Shown here in pieces: positions 63,821 to 64,000 of a DNA stretch of 64,000 bases. The notes under the pieces are model-generated. The model made no database searches and was not told the DNA's origin. It saw only the letters and a list, made by a program, of their open reading frames with translations. The stretch's first letter is position 1; each line of letters begins with the position of its first letter. The translations under genes were made by a program, and so were the position numbers. Source of the DNA: an uncultured Alphaproteobacteria bacterium (GTDB taxonomy: Bacteria > Pseudomonadota > Alphaproteobacteria > CAAHEQ01 > UBA3637); assembly GCA_937888725.1 (NCBI GenBank), contig CALARE010000005.1, positions 2,884 through 66,883 of the forward strand, read 5' to 3'.

Positions 63821-64000
63821 TTAAGCAATTGGTTTAAGTGGATTTCTAAAAGAAAGTGCCTCATGAATATGTTGTGGAAGAATAGCATCTTCTTGTGTTA
63901 AATCAGCAATTGTACGAGCAACTCTGATAATGCGGTGATAACCTCTAGCAGATAAACGCATTTTTTCAGCCGCATTTTGAAGTAATTTTTTTGCATCGAC
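63821..64000 (-). CDS. YifB/ComM-family Mg-chelatase-like ATPase, C-terminal 59 aa only (the gene continues beyond the window)
   Basis: My translation of the minus strand is VDAKKLLQNAAEKMRLSARGYHRIIRVARTIADLTQEDAILPQHIHEALSFRNPLKPIA*. The LSARGYHRI..VARTIADL motif is characteristic of ComM C-termini. Confidence 0.7.
   Translation of the reverse strand, partial: VDAKKLLQNAAEKMRLSARGYHRIIRVARTIADLTQEDAILPQHIHEALSFRNPLKPIA

Overview
This is an AT-rich, densely coded 64 kb chromosomal segment from a diderm bacterium. The lineage cannot be fixed without database searches. An autotransporter, OMP beta-barrels, AnmK/LdcA/Slt peptidoglycan-recycling genes and a CTTG-N17-CTTATCT heat-shock-type promoter suggest a low-GC proteobacterium, possibly alphaproteobacteria-like.

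Backbone genes I recognise from conserved motifs:
- Replication, translation and secretion: recG, secA, rluD, pheS-pheT, an alpha2-type glycyl-tRNA synthetase, RNase D, tRNA-Leu(GAG), and a ComM/YifB C-terminal fragment at the right edge.
- Central metabolism: gap-pgk.
- Envelope and recycling: anmK, a NupC-type nucleoside transporter, a LOG-family protein, an Slt-type lytic transglycosylase, a MurC/Mpl-family ligase overlapping ldcA, a U32 peptidase, an SPFH protein, a YgiW-like OB-fold protein and hsp20.
- Transport and surface: two MsbA-like ABC transporter paralogs (one truncated by the left window edge) and a 1689-aa autotransporter.

Accessory or unusual content:
1. A same-strand tandem array of six divergent ~140-180 aa paralogs plus a 48-aa sORF at 49.9-53.1 kb. 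This is my top candidate for an undescribed system.
2. A strongly promoted island of unrecognisable genes at 43.5-46.7 kb.
3. An AAA+ (DUF4143-like) ATPase cassette bracketed by 52-bp direct repeats, close to tRNA-Leu.
4. A membrane-anchored FliG-like gene overlapping a short flhF and followed by flhG, with no flhA.
5. An HNH nuclease 1 nt downstream of recG, next to an XRE/membrane-protein pair and a small divergent gene.
6. A hipBA toxin-antitoxin module.
7. Three dispersed monocistronic pilin-like genes with a non-canonical G|RSMVEML processing motif.
8. A beta-barrel C-terminal remnant that looks like a pseudogene.

All functional calls come from reading motifs in the supplied translations and my own translations. 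No searches were run.
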